Source of the DNA: Leucoraja ocellata
Lineage: Eukaryota
DNA length: 64,000 nucleotides
Reading direction: 5' to 3'
NCBI GenBank assembly: GCA_036785375.1
Contig: JAWMAR010000084.1
Coordinates: 7,130,001 to 7,194,000, forward strand
The translations under genes and the position numbers were made by a program. Under the pieces are notes generated by a model. It was not told the origin of the DNA. It saw only the letters and a list, made by a program, of their open reading frames with translations, and did not search any database. Below are positions 36,501-49,835 of this stretch, in pieces (positions within the stretch are counted from its first letter, which is position 1; every line of letters starts with the position of its first letter).

Positions 36501-37496
36501 ATATACCCAAATCTCTCTTCTAGATTTGGAAACGGATTTTCCAAGGAGTATATGACCTCCTTATTCTCCTTGTCAAAATATCTCCTTATATTCATCTGTA
36601 GTTACATTCAACACCGAAGTGTGAAATTGGTAATAAATTAAGTATAGCTTTCTATGAATTTAAGACCAAATTAATTATTTGCCAATTATTTGTTTAACTA
36701 ATATTTGTTCCTATCAGGTAAGTTCCCACAAACCTGTAGAAGCCTCTATTGGTAAACCCTACATTGCAGATTGTGCCCCAGGCCTTAACTTCTCATTTGT
36801 ACCAACTTACTTCAAATGTAATAATGTAGTTACTTCAAATACCTCCAATGTTCAAGCATTCACAAACCTTGGAGAAGAGAATTACAAAGATTCACACCCT
36901 CTTCACGAAAAAGAGAAGAAACTGTTACACATTTCTCAGCTCTTATGAATTTTGGTAGCTCATAACGATATTCCTCAGGGCAATTAGTGTGGGTGATAAA
37001 TGCTGACCTTGCCCACATCTCATATAATGAACAGAAAAAATAATTGTCCACATGCTCTTTACGTTTGGTGCTGTGTTACGGTAAGTTTGGGAAATTTGTG
37101 GTCCCAATACTAAATGCATAGTGTAATTGAACAATTTTGCTGCAAGATAGATTTTCGTGAGGCTTAAATGATGAACAGTTTCAGTACAAATTGCTTGACA
37201 TATCTGAACTGGCTTGATAGCATGCATCACCAGACTTAGGACCAGCTTCTTCCTCTATACAGACTTTCCATAAGCTAAGATATTGTCCTATTCACCTCTA
37301 CCTTGGAGTTTGGACTTTGCCTCTGGAACTAATGCGCTACAATGCTGAGAACTATATTCTGCACTCTGTATCTTTCTTTTGCTGACTCCTGCCCCCCTCC
37401 CCGAGATACCCCTCCTCCAACACAACCCCGTCTTACCTCTGAGCTCTCCCCCGCCGCACACACCGCCGCTCCCGCTACAACCCGTCCCCGCCCACC

Positions 37497-39195
37497 ATAA
37501 TACTACAGATGTGGTCTTACCAGAGCCCTAAACAACTGCAGAAGAACCTCTTCTATACTGAAATCCTCTTGTTATGAAGGCCAACATTCCATTAGCTTTC
37601 TTCACTGCCTGTTGTACTTGCACGGCAACTTTCAGTGACCGGTGTATAAGGATACCCAGGTCTCGCTGTACTTCCCCTTACCTAACCTAACCCCATTGAG
37701 ATAATAATCTGCCCCCTTGTTTTTTCCACCAAAGTGGATAACCTCACATTTATCTATATTGTACTGCATCTGCCACGCATCTGCCCACTTACTTAACATG
37801 TCCAGGTCACCCTGCAACCTCCTAACATCCTCTTCACAGTTCACACTGCCACCCAGCTTTGTGTCATCCGCAAACTTGCTAGTGTTGCTCCTAATTCCCT
37901 CTTCCAAATCATTAATATATATGGTAAACAGTTGCGGCCCCAACACGGAGCCTTGCGGCACTCCACTCGCCACTGCCTGCCATTCTGAAAAGGACCCGTT
38001 CACTCCTACTCTTTGCTTCCTGTCTACCAACCAATTTTCTATCCACGTCAACACCCTACCCCCCAATACCATGTGCTCTAATGTTAGTCACCAGTCTCCA
38101 ACCACACTACATCCACTGGATCCCCTTCATCTATTTTACTTGTCACATCCTCAAAAAATTCCAGAAGATTAGTCAAGATTAAATCCATGCTGACTTAGAC
38201 TAATCCTTTTACTGCTATCCAAATGCCCCATTATTACCTCTTTAATAATTGACTTCAGCATCTTTCCCACCACCAGTCAGGTTAACTGGTCTGTAATTCC
38301 CCATTTAATCTCTCCTTTCTTGAAAAGTGGGATAACATTAACTATCCTCCAATCCACAGGAACTGATCCTGGATCCATTGAACATTGGAAAATGATCACC
38401 AATGCGACCACTATTTATAGAGCCACCTCCCTGAGGACCCTGGGATGCAGTCCATCAGGTCCCGGGGATTTATCATCCTTCAATCCCATTAGCCTACCCA
38501 ATACTATTTTTCGCCTCATGTAAATTTCTTTCAGTTCCTCGACCCCCTTAGATCCTCTGTCCTCCAGTACATAGAAACATAGAAATTAGGTGCAGGAGTA
38601 GGCCATTCGGCCCTTCGAGCCTGCACCGCCATTCAATATGATCATGGCTGATCATCCAACTCAGTATCCCGTACCTGCCTTCTCTCCATACCCCCTGATC
38701 CCCTTAGCCACAAGGGCCACATCTAACTCCCTCTTAAATAAACAATCTCTGGGAGATTGTTTGTGTCTTCCTTAGTGAAGACAGATCCGAAGTACCTGTT
38801 CAACTCTTCTGCCATTTCCTTGTTCCCAATAATAATTTCACCCGTGTCTGCCTTCAAGGGACCCACATTGGACTGCTACTCTTTTTCCCTCAACATATCT
38901 AAAGAAGCTTTTACTGTCCTTCTTTATGTTCCTGACCAGCTTCCCTTCGTACTTCATCTTTTCAGCCCGTATTGCCCGTTTTGATTCCTTCTGTTCTCCT
39001 TTAAAAGTTTCCCAATCCTCTGGCTTCCGGCTACTCTTTGCTGTGTTATATATCTTTTCCTTTAGTTTTATTCTATCCCTAACTTCTCTTGTCAGCCACG
39101 GTTGCCTCCTACTCCCCTTAGAATCTTTCTTCCTTTTTGAAATGAAATGATTCTTTGTCTTCCGGATTAAGCCCAGAAATTCCTGCCATTGCTGT
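37497..39195 (-). mobile_element. Internal CR1 ORF2 fragment with a deletion (~38100) and a nested CR1 tail (~38571-38740)
   Basis: GVPQGSVLGP and FADD (37632-38072); RQPWLT..KSFFRYV (38838-39195). Confidence 0.9.
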
Positions 39196-39595
39196 TCCCC
39201 TCCCCCCACACACACCCCACCAACACACATCTCCCCTCCCCCACACACACCCCTCCCCTCCACCCTCCCTGCCCACACAACCCCTCCCCACATCCCCCCT
39301 CTCCCCCTCCCACATCCTCCCTCCCCCACACCCTGCCCACACACACACCCTCCCCCACACACCCCTTTCACCTACACACCCCCTCCCACATCCCTCCCCC
39401 CTTCCACACCCACCCGCCCACATACACACCTCCCCTCCCACCCCACACCCCTCAGCACACATCCCCCTTCCCCACACCACCCCTCCCTCCGCACAACGCT
39501 CTCCCCCCGTCCTACACCCCCCCTGCCCACACACACCGCCACTCTCCTCTTCCCCTCCCACCCCACACCCCCCTTCCCTCCCCTCCTCCCACACA
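39196..39595. repeat. C-rich low-complexity tract (G-rich on the minus strand)
   Basis: Irregular cccacacac/cccctc repeats, almost no G on the plus strand. Confidence 0.95.
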
Positions 39596-40379
39596 TTAAG
39601 AGGAGGGTGACTGAGTACTGGGGGATGAGGGGAAATGAGCTGTGCCTGCACAGTTAAGGGCTATGGGTGATTGATGGAATATTGCATTGGGGAACTGGTT
39701 GCTTTGGGGGAATGGGTGAGTGATCAAATATTGCGTTGGGGAATAAGTTGCGTTGGGGAACCAGCCCTCCCGTGTCACTGGGACCAAGTTGAAACTAAAT
39801 ATATCCAAGAAGGAGTCAGAGATATTGTACTAATGGCTTTGACTCCAAAGAGATCAAAGCACGGGGGAAGTAAGCAGGAACAAGGTACTGAAATTGTATG
39901 GTCAACCATGATTATATTGAATTGCAGATCAGGCTTGTGGGCCAAATGGCCTACTCCTGTTTGTAATTTATACATTTCTAAGGGAGAATCACACACAGCT
40001 GCAGAATGTACAATTGAAGACCTGTTCATGATGTTCAAGATTCATGATGCACCTGTAGAATTGGTGTTAACAACAGACCTCAATTAAAGGCATAAATGTT
40101 TGAACACTTTGTAAGGAAGGAGTAACATTAAATATTCATTAATCCTGTCACAACCATAACAGCGCAGCTGAAAATTCTACATTCATTCTTAAGGAAGCGT
40201 TGAAGACATTTTCCAAAGTTGTTTAGGACTATTGTCAAGCTAATTTTCAAGTCAAATATTATACAATATCATATTCCATCACATGATTCACCTAATAGTG
40301 CTGATGCTGGATCATAGACTTCCTCTGTATTTGGGTTTGGACATCCAATTTAGAGTAAAGTGTGGTGTACAGCAGTTAC

Positions 40380-41100
40380 AGAGTCAAGAGTCAAAAGTGT
40401 TTAATTGTCATATGTTCTGACAATGGAACGATAAAATTCTTACTTGCTGCAGCTTGACTGGTCCGTAATCGCAATAACACCTAGGTCGTATGTAATAATC
40501 ACTAATACAATAAAATAATAAACATAATACGAGGTAACCGTAATAGTGCAAAAACAAAGACAGAGTGCAACCAAAGTCACAGTCCATATGAAATCATGGT
40601 TGCGTAAATCAGTGTTGTGTAATGTTTAAGAGCCTGACGGTTGCTGGGAAGAAGTTGGTCTTGAGTGGTCACTATTTTCAGGCTCCTGTATTTTCTCCCT
40701 GACGTTAGTCATGATAGGAGAGCATGGCCAGGATGGTATGGGTCTTTGATGATATTGGTTGCTGTTATGAGGCAGCACTTCCCATAGACCCCTTTGATGG
40801 TGTGGAGCTAGGTACCTTTTATGGACCAGGCATTGTCTACCACTCTCTGAAGTTTCCTTCATTCCTGAACATTTGAGTTGTTGAATTAGGCCATGATGGA
40901 ACCAGTCAGTATGCTCTCTACTGCACACCTGTAGAAGTTTGATATGCTATTCGTTACCAAATCTCCTCAAAGTTTGAAGGTTGTAGGTGAGTTTTCATTG
41001 TGATTGCATCGATGTGCTGGGTCCAGGAAAGATCTTCAGATATGCACACCCAGGGACTTGAAGCTGTTCACTATCTCCGCTCTCTTCTGTTGACGAAGAC
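40380..41100 (-). mobile_element. Rex1/Babar-type LINE 3' fragment
   Basis: Antisense ttcttcccagcaaccgtcaggctcttaa and aacttctacaggtg; (gagtcaa) tail repeats. Confidence 0.7.
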
Positions 41101-41649
41101 AGGTTCAAATGCAAATTCATGATGCACAATCCTTGCAACCTATTGGGAAGAGGTAGAGTGAAGCAGTTCAATCAAGTTGAAAGTGAAAATATTAAGACTA
41201 ATGAACAAGAACAATATGTAAACATGGGAAATTGGTGAGATGGTAGAAATCTGCAATATTGGTTGATTTACTGTTTGAATTGAAGGAAAGGCCATAAATG
41301 TCCACAGTGACATAATTGTTAAAAAAATTTTAATCAGAAGTTGATAGAGAACCAACGAATAAATAGATGACATGAGTGAGTTGAGTTAAGATGTCTTCTG
41401 CTCTGCAAATCATGAAATAATTATAATAGCAGGGACTGAAACAGCTAAGAAGGTCTAAGCTCCGGCAAAACCAGTGAAAAGACTGAACCCATAACAATGC
41501 AAACAATAGAACCATTTTATTTCAAAGTCTCATGATGAGACTACATGAAGAACCCACCAGCCCACATGCGCACCAAATATGTCGTCACATGGCGCGAGGT
41601 ACAGATGCATTCGGAAATGCTCCGTCAGGTAAGGTGTTTTATTTTCAGG

Positions 41650-42200
41650 AACGGTGCAGCAGGCTCGGAGATGCTGACAGGCACGACCTGTACAGCAACC
41701 ACCGTTAAAGCTCCGGAAGGGAGCAGGTGGCCCAGCCTGGTCTCAGAGTAACTGGCTGGCGCGACCTGCACAGTAATCTCCTCCAAGGCTCTGAAATGGA
41801 GCAGCCTGTCGAACCGGGCTCGGAGAGGTGGGCAGGTGCGACCTGCGCAGGTGCGATCTGCGCAGCAACCTCCGTTTAAAGCGTGGGGTCGAAGAGGTGA
41901 ACAGGCATGGCCTGCACAAGTAACTCCGATAAGGAGCAGCTGGTCGACTCGGGCTCACAGACGCTGGCAGGTAAGTTCTGCATACAAACCTTTGCGAAAG
42001 CTCCAAATTGGAGCTGTTGGTGACCCAGCTCTGAGACACTGGCAGCATAGCCTCTAAAGTAACCTCCGCTAGCTCTGAAAAAGAGCAGGTTGCCAACCCG
42101 GGCTCAGAGACGTTGGCAGGGTGGCCTGCCCAGCAACCTCTGAAAGCTCCGAAAAGGAGCAGCTTGTCGACCCCGGTTCAGGGAAGACCAACTGGCTGTC
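41650..42200. repeat. Degenerate ~75-bp tandem repeat (~7 units) in the DIRS leader
   Basis: Approximate unit gcaacctccg..aaagctccgaaaggagcagc..ggctcagagacgctggcaggtgcgacctgcaca. Confidence 0.8.
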
Positions 42201-44019
42201 CAAAAGGACCATATTGGCCAGAGAAGCACTGCCTCAACATCTAAGATTGAGGTTATCAGGCTGCTCACAAGAGTGAGGATAACTGAGTGAGAGGGGGAGG
42301 TGCACTGCACTGATACAGGTAGTTAAATTCAGATAATTGAGGATATCTCCTGCTCAGAGGCAGGGAGTTTGAGGATTCCCTCAACACATGCAAAATACTT
42401 TCAGCTCACGGCTAAAAAAGAGCTGCCAGCACTCTGGAACATAATTTGCCATCCTCTCGGGATAGGAAAACCAGTAAAGGCCGAACTGACAAGTAGCATT
42501 ATTACCTGACTTGCAGGTTCGTGATGTAAAAAGCAAATAAATTAGTAAATAAATAAATAAAGAAATAGATAAATGAATAAATAAATAGCAAAAGCTCTGA
42601 CAGGGAGCAGTTTGGCGACCCGAGTTTAGGGAAAGCCAAGGCCAAAACTGCAAAATATGTCCAAAAGGACAATACTGGGCAGGAAGGTACGGCCTCAACA
42701 GCCATTGAGGATATCATCTGTCGGCTCTCAAAACTGGAAAACCTGATTGGGAGGCTGGTTGATGGGAATGTGCTCCGCACACTGGCGACCGATACAGGTA
42801 GTTCCAGTCAGATGTCCGCAGCAGCAATACCTGGTTCAGGGTTGCATTATGATATCTCCTGCTCAGAGGAGGGGTGTTTTGAGGAGTATTACATGGTAGA
42901 CTCTGACAGTGAACTCGAATTCCCTCAACAAATGGATGATATGCTTCAACTCAAGTCTAAAAAGGAGCTTCCGGCATTTGTGATGAAATTTGCCATCCCC
43001 TTGGCGGTAGGAGAACCGTTAGAGGAAGAACTGGCAAGTAGCACTGGTTACTTGACTTCTCATCAGCTGAATGAGAAGAACATGCAGGACACTGCTGGAA
43101 AGTATGCTAGTCCTGATAACTCCAGACACTGGAGATTCTGAAGGTTAATGCCACCATTTGGGGCAATCTGAGTGGCAAAACAAAGCCAAACGACTTAAAA
43201 CTCCAGCGAGTTCAGAGATTTCTCACAAGAGGGATTACGGCCTTTGCAATGTCGGTGGAGAGAACTCAGCTGTCTGATTTGCAGTAGACGCCTTAGCACT
43301 TCTGTGTAATGCACAGTTTGAGCTCAATTGTGTTGCAAAGAATGTATAAGGTCTGAGATCAACCCAATATATGCTCATTTGTGCAAGGCAAGTAATGTGC
43401 AGTCTGCAAGTATCTCTTTGGAGACGATTTGGGCAAGCAAGTAAAAGACTTGCAAGAAGAATTCAAGGCTGTGGTGAGTGTGGTAAAGACACCCTTTGTG
43501 GGTAAGACTCCTGGCTACCGGAATGCATATCATCCCTACCAAGCTAGCGGCAGATACCGCTACACTGAAGCTGGTTGGAGAACCAGGCCTACACAATTAA
43601 AACAAAGCCAGAGGCCTTTTTTGTGCGCAGGTTCACAGCGCTCACCATGGAGGCAGCGCACTACACATACTCAGTATCATTTCCCAGCAGGCCACGATGC
43701 CAGAGCCAAAGGGACAGAGCAAAATCTAGGGTCAGTTGACTCTATTGATCAACTGCCTAAGGCCATTTTGGTGGTGTCAGTCTCAAGGTTTGCTGGATCT
43801 TGGTGGCTGGTGGTGATAATCACCTCTTGCCTATTATTTTATTGGCAGCCTTGGTAGCAAGTTCTTTCTCAGAAACTGCCTTGATCACGCCTACAGCCAC
43901 CGTCTGTCTCATCATGGACAGCAAAGTGACCAAGAGGTGGAGGTCGTTGAGATATGTGAATATTATTCCATCAGTCGCATGAGATGCGCTGACGATATTC
44001 AAGTTGGAGGTAGATTGAG

Positions 44020-44895
44020 CGTTCAAAAACAGGTGGGGACAGATAACCTCTGACCCTTTCAGCTTACAAATCATAAATGGTTATAAGATTGAGTTTCTGG
44101 CTGATCAATTTCCTCTGCGGGTAGAGAAGCCAAGGCTCCCCTACATACGGTTTAAAGAGGAAACTATAGCTATCCAAGTAGAGAAACTACACACAAAGGG
44201 TGTTATTGAGCAGTCTGTCCATGAACAAGAGGGGTATATTTCTAATATCTTCTCAAGGTTGAAGAAAAATGGAGGATACCGAATCATTCTAGGATTTGGC
44301 TAGTTTGAACATGTGCTTGGTATAACCATTTTAAGATGGATATTTTTCATTCAGCAAAATAGCTGATTGCAGAGGATTGCTTTATGGTCTCAATCGATCT
44401 CGAAGATGCATACCATTCAGTACCAATACACATGAGTCACAGGATATATCTGAAGTTTATGTGGCAATTTTAGGCTCTACCTAAGGGGTTGAGTTCAGCC
44501 CTAGGCCATTTATAAACATTCTAAAGACAATGTTGCCCTACTCAGATCTAAAGGGCAGATTGTCATGGGGTTTATAGATGACATGCTCATTGTAGGGAAG
44601 AGATTATGTGTCACAGAGTTAGCTGTTTCAGCAACCAAGGTACTCCTACAATATCTAGGGTTGGTTATTCATCCAGAAAAGTCCATACTGGAGCCGGCAA
44701 AATCTATTACATACTGTATCTAGATTTTGTCATAGACTCTGCAGATATGTCTGTGACACCACCCACAGATAAGAATCAGAATATTGTAGAGGCATGCACA
44801 GGGTATAAATATTGGAAGATGCCTCCAAAGATAATTCAAGACGAGGCAACATGGATTACAGTAGTGCCAAATTGGCCGACTTAACCTTGGTTTCC
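44020..44895 (+). pseudogene. DIRS reverse transcriptase remnant joined by deletion to the methyltransferase tail
   Basis: WGQITSDP..IINGYKIEF, KKNGGYRIIL, SIDLEDAYHSVPI, ALPKGLSSA and FIDDMLI, then KIIQDEATWITVVPNWPT*PWF. Confidence 0.8.
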
Positions 44896-45029
44896 ATTGA
44901 AAAATCGGGCTGCATTTGCTCACAGACACGAGCAGTGGTTAGTTCAACTTATCACTCGTGCACCTATCACTACATGGTTTTATGGAAAGGTTTTGTGAAG
45001 AGACACATGTGAGCTACTTTTAAATAGAA

Positions 45030-45760
45030 GTAGCAGATGTTTGTGGGTTTCTTTCAGTTTGGTTTTATGAGAAGCGACTATGTTATAGCGCAATTAACAC
45101 TGCTCGTAGTGCTTTGTCATTGTATCTAGTGCTAGAAGTGGGACAATAAACGATTGGCTCTCATCCACTGGTTTTATATGAACCCTCTAAAGCCTAGATA
45201 CAAAGTAGTGTGGAATGTGTATCAGTATTAATTTTTGACATCAGCTGTATCCCTAACGTTGGAGCAGTTACTCTTAAGTTAGTCATGCTTATGACACTTA
45301 TTTCAGCACGAAGAGCACAGACTTTATGCAATCTCCGTCTGGATACTCAGTCATATCTGACAAGAGGGTAGCATTTTATGTGAATGAATTCATAAAGCAG
45401 AGCAGGCACGGTGGGTCAAGTTGGAGTTGACAGCATACCCACCAGATCGGAGATTGTGGGTGTTTATTATGTGAAAAGGTACATTTAGGTTACTAATAAG
45501 CTATGAGATGAAGGAAAAGTTTCTTCATAGTTATAAAATAGTCTCACAAGAGACTGTTGGTGCAGACCATTTCAAGATGGATAGAGTGTAAGCAGCTGAA
45601 AGCAGGAGTGAATACAAATAATTTAAAATCACACTCTACCAGGGCTGCAGGCACGTCAGCAGTCAATAGAATGGATGTTCCTCTTGATCACATTCTTGCA
45701 ACAGCAGGAGGCTCAGATGAACGCACTTTCGGAAGTTATAAAATATCATTTAACATGTCT
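45030..45760 (+). pseudogene. DIRS tyrosine recombinase remnant
   Basis: YSAINTARSALS, LKLVMLMTLISARRAQTL, TISRWI, KSHSTRAA (HxxR) and ILATAG.S..TF. Confidence 0.85.
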
Positions 45761-46731
45761 GGACGATTGCAGATAGAATTCTGGACAGTGCTACATGAGC
45801 TGTTGTCTAACTCAAAGGCAATTGGGACTATGGCCCAATTAAGGGCAATGCACATGTATGTAAAGTTAGCATCATGTTGTTAATGGCCCATGTCATTTCT
45901 ACCATTTATGGTTTATCTGTTTAGTGTGTTCACATACAGATTGGTTTACTGCATGAAACCACAGAGCTTCAAAGGCTTCATGTAGTCCCATCATGAGACT
46001 TTGAAATAAAATAGAAAGATTAAACAGGAACTTACCGTTTGCAGTTTAATTTTTATTTTATGAGAAGTTGGAATGAGAGACTACATGCCCTCTATTCCCA
46101 ACCCTGAATTTCATAAATTTCATTCGGTAAGTCAAGGGTTATTAATCTATAGCTTGATTCTGGTTTAAGTGGACTGTGGTTTCATACAGTGGCTCTGAAG
46201 ATTGATGCGCTTGCGGGCTGGTTGGTTCTACACGTAGTCTCTCACTCCAACTTCAAACGGTAAGTTCTCGTTTGATCTTTCTATTAAAATGAAGTTTTTA
46301 GTTCTGTTCGAATTGTGCTGGTAGCAGAAGAGATTTGTATTTGCTTTGCATACTTTTCTGCTTTATAGACACAGATACATATTTTTGATTCCCTTCGACC
46401 ACAGGCAGACAGGGGATCCTGGGTTCCTGAGCTCTTTGTTTAGTTTACTCCACATACTGTGATTCAGAAATAAACATTAACTTACAATAATACAACTGTT
46501 AATAGCTAGCGTAGACTGAATTTTGAACTACCGTACGAAAAATCAGTGCATGATAATTTTCCTCTAGTACTCACTTTCTGCCTCATCTTACTTATTTATA
46601 AAATGTAACATTCAGTTTTCATTGAATGTTTTTCTTTGCATCACCATTGTCAGCTTCAAATGGTGATTTTCCATTAAATTATAGGTTTACCTAATAACAA
46701 TTAGGCTTTTTGTAATTTTCTAAAGTGTAGA

Positions 46732-46958
46732 AGTAGAATTAGGCCATTCAACCGATCAAGTCTACTCTGCCAGTCAACCATGGCTGATCTCTCTCTCCCT
46801 CCTAACCCCATTATCCTGTCTTCTCCCCATAACCTCTGAAACCTGTACTATGGGGAGGTTATGGTGAGAAGGCAGGAAAATGGGAATAGGAAGGAGAGAT
46901 GGATCAGCCATGATTGGATGGTGGAGTAGACATGGATGGCTGAATGGCCTAATTCTGC
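46732..46958. repeat. Fold-back of two inverted CR1 3' tails (~110-bp arms)
   Basis: agaattaggccattca..ccccataacctc versus gaggttatgg..tgaatggcctaattct, with an ~18-nt spacer. Confidence 0.85.
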
Positions 46959-47787
46959 TCATATCACATGATTTGGGGTACTTATGAAAATATTCCAGTA
47001 CAAGTTGATTTTACAAGCTAGTTTCTGCTGCACATTTGAAAAATAGCAGAGCTGTAAGCATTTATGACACATTGTGTCAGTTGCAGGGCAATTTTTAGAG
47101 GTGAAAACCATAGGGTTGTTTGACTTAAGTGAATATGAATCTTTTGGACAGAATATAATTCTGGATACAAGTTTTAAAAACATGAGCCTCAAAACTGTTG
47201 GGGAGGCGAGGACCAGCTGGCCTATAAATCTTTCCAAAACACCTGCAAAGTCAGATACTGTTACACATCTTGGAATGCATTCACTTTGGCTGTTACATTC
47301 TATCAGCAATGTGCTGTACTAGTTCAGCCCATCTAGTTCCTGTGGCCAACGCTTACTTATATTTCAGCTTCGTCAACAATGATCTCAAGGTCAGCTGCAA
47401 CCATTTGTTTCTTGTCCCATATAATGCCATCTGTTATGGGCTCTCTGTACTCAGGAACCATTAATTCAACTTCAATTCAATTGCTTCTTCCAAACCCCAT
47501 GTTGTCATTCGCTAATGGCCAGAGTAATCTTGGCTTCAAACTCAACTACAATCATCCACATGAAGCAAATTATTTTCCATTTATGCCTCCAGATTTCTTT
47601 TTACTGGTTGAACTTTGACCTTCTTCCCAAACTTCACATTCAGCAAAAGAATATTTCACAAAGTTTGAGAAAACTGCAGTGCTTATAAATTGTGAAATGC
47701 AATATGCTGCTTGCAAATATCTAGTGGTGCATTAATAGCTGAAAACATATTCCTCATGCAGCACAGTTAACTACTTACTTAAATCGC

Positions 47788-49260
47788 AAGCCCTTGTCCC
47801 ACTTAGGAAACCTGAACGGAAACCTCTGGTGACCTTGCGCCCCACCCAAGGTTTCCGTGAGGTTCCTGGAGGTTTTGGTCACTCTCCCTAATGGTCGAAA
47901 ATGGTTTCGGTGTAGTCGAGGCTTCTTCTATGTTCCTGGCATTATTTCAACAAATTCAAAACCGGCCTTGACTAAAAATAGACTTCCATTTGGTCCAAGC
48001 CAGTGGAGTGGGGTTGCTATTTACTTACAGGCAGTCGAAGGCAATCTCCTTCGCTGACCGGCCATTTTAATTGGCTCATTTGGTTTTCAGGACCTAGAAG
48101 ATCCGCCGGAAGGTAAAATGCCCGCTAACTTTATTAAACTTATTAAAACTGTCTCCACTCCTTCTCCCCCCCTTCTCTCCCCTTCTCTTCCCCTTCTCTC
48201 CCCGTCTCTCCCCCCTTCTCTCTCCCCTTCTCTGTCCTTCTCTCCCCTTCTCTCTTGGAGAGCGGCGGCGCCTAACCGCAGCGGCTCGACTACAGTCGTC
48301 TGTCTTTTTTATTTTATTTTTTTATTTTTTATTTTTGTCTTGTTAAATGTATGTCTTGAGCCTAGTTTTTATTATTTTTTTAGCTGTGTATATGTGGGGG
48401 GTGGAGGGGGGGATGTGGGGGAAACCGTTAGTCTCTTCCCTGTACGGGGACCCGACTTTTTCCCTGTCGGGTCTCTGGTGTCATTGGGCCTAACATCGTG
48501 GAGCCGGCGGCAGCCTCTGGCCGGGACCAACCTGAGGGCTCCAGTCACGGAGCTTGTGGACTTGCCATCGCGGAGCTGGCTGTCTTCGGAGCGGGAAAAG
48601 CTGTGGTGGTGCGCGGCTGCGACCCAACTTCAGAGCTTCGGAGGATCCGGCCGCAGGCCCGGTGGACAGGAGCCCCGGGTCCCTGGTGGGAGACCGCTTT
48701 TCGGAGCTCCCCGCAACGGCAATTTCTCCCACTGGAATCGCAGGGCTTAAATGACACAGAGCCAGGACCTAACATCGGCTTAATGGCCACAGGACTTACC
48801 ATCGTCCGCCGGGGGCTTTAACATCGGAGCCCTAGTTCGCCTCGACGCTGCATTTGGACTGCTGGACAACAAGAACCAGAGAAGAGATAGTGAAGAACAA
48901 AGGGAAGAGATAAGACTTTGCCTTCTATCACAGTGAGGAGGTGTTGGAGACTCACTGTGATGGATGTTTATGTAAATTGTGTTAAGTGTGGGTCTTGGTT
49001 TTTTTGTAATGTAAAAACTGTAGAAAATGCAATTTTGTTCAAACCAAGTTGTTTGAATGACAATAAAAGGCATTCTATTCTATTCTATTCTATTCTATTA
49101 TCCCTCCCTCCCGCGCTCTCTAAAGGACTTACCGTGCTCTATGGCAGACGTTTACCATCATCTTCATCGTGCAGACAGCGCTCCTCAGCTGTTCCTGGCC
49201 TCCACCTTCGCGATGTGTTTGTGTGTGTGTGCAATCGGTAGCAAAGATCCTGTCGGATCT
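47788..49260 (+). mobile_element. Harbinger-like MITE relative (left TIR only), interrupted by a retroposon
   Basis: Starts gcccttgtcccact and shares internal blocks (gcagtggagtgggg-like, gtctccact, ctctaaaggacttaccgt) with 49836-50697. Confidence 0.6.
48256..49099 (+). mobile_element. GC/CpG-rich non-coding retroposon with (TTCTA)n tail
   Basis: ggcggcgcc head, T-rich block, G-run plus gaaaccg, CpG-rich body, aataaaaggc(attct)n end. Confidence 0.65.
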
Positions 49261-49267
49261 TTGGTCA

Positions 49268-49460
49268 GTAGTTTACAGAAGCCGATTAACCTACAAACCT
49301 GCATGTCTTTGGAATGAGGGAGGAGGTTGAAGTATCAGATAAAACCCACGGGGTCATGGGGAGAATGTCCAAAATCTGTACAAACGGCACCCGTAGTCAG
49401 AATCGAACCCAGGTCTCTGGTACTGTAAGGAAGCAACTCTACCGCTGCACCACCGTGCCA
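49268..49460 (-). mobile_element. Partial V-SINE
   Basis: attaacctacaaacctgc..atcgaacccagg..caccgtgcc. Confidence 0.8.
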
Positions 49461-49835
49461 GCCGATTGCAAATATTATTTATTTTACACAGATGCTTGTC
49501 AAACCTAAAAGATGACTGTTTTGAGAAATGAAATATATTTGCATCAATAAGCACATGATGGCCTAAGAATAAATCAGTACATATCCTTTTCACAGAACTA
49601 TATAAATTTCACTTTGGCAATGGCAAGTATATTCATTAGTCTATCAACCAGAAGTGTGATTTGACATTTTTATTGGTTATTTGTAAGATTTTATAAAATA
49701 TTCGCTGTCATGCTTTGACCTAATGCAGTGTGATGAAATCAGTGACATGTTTTTGGATTTGTGAAGTACCTCATGTGCTGAATATAATTTGTGTCATTAG
49801 TGTTTCCTCTGCCTTTCAGCACAGATGTATCCTTA

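Larger units (their letters stand above)
41515..46284 (+). mobile_element. DIRS1-type tyrosine-recombinase retrotransposon, decayed, both ends and ICR present
   Basis: ICR 45976-46011 is complementary to the left end 41515-41550, and 46012-46046 to the right end 46249-46283. Inverted LTR match 41537-41571 / 46206-46241. Remnants of gag-like, RT, methyltransferase and YR domains. Confidence 0.9.

Noticed and set aside
39155-39651. Pro/His-rich and Gly-rich extensin-like ORFs
   Set aside because: Translation of a low-complexity C-rich tract.
45557-45883. Phage integrase or bacterial contamination
   Set aside because: The tyrosine recombinase lies inside a DIRS retrotransposon with RT, inverted repeats and ICR.
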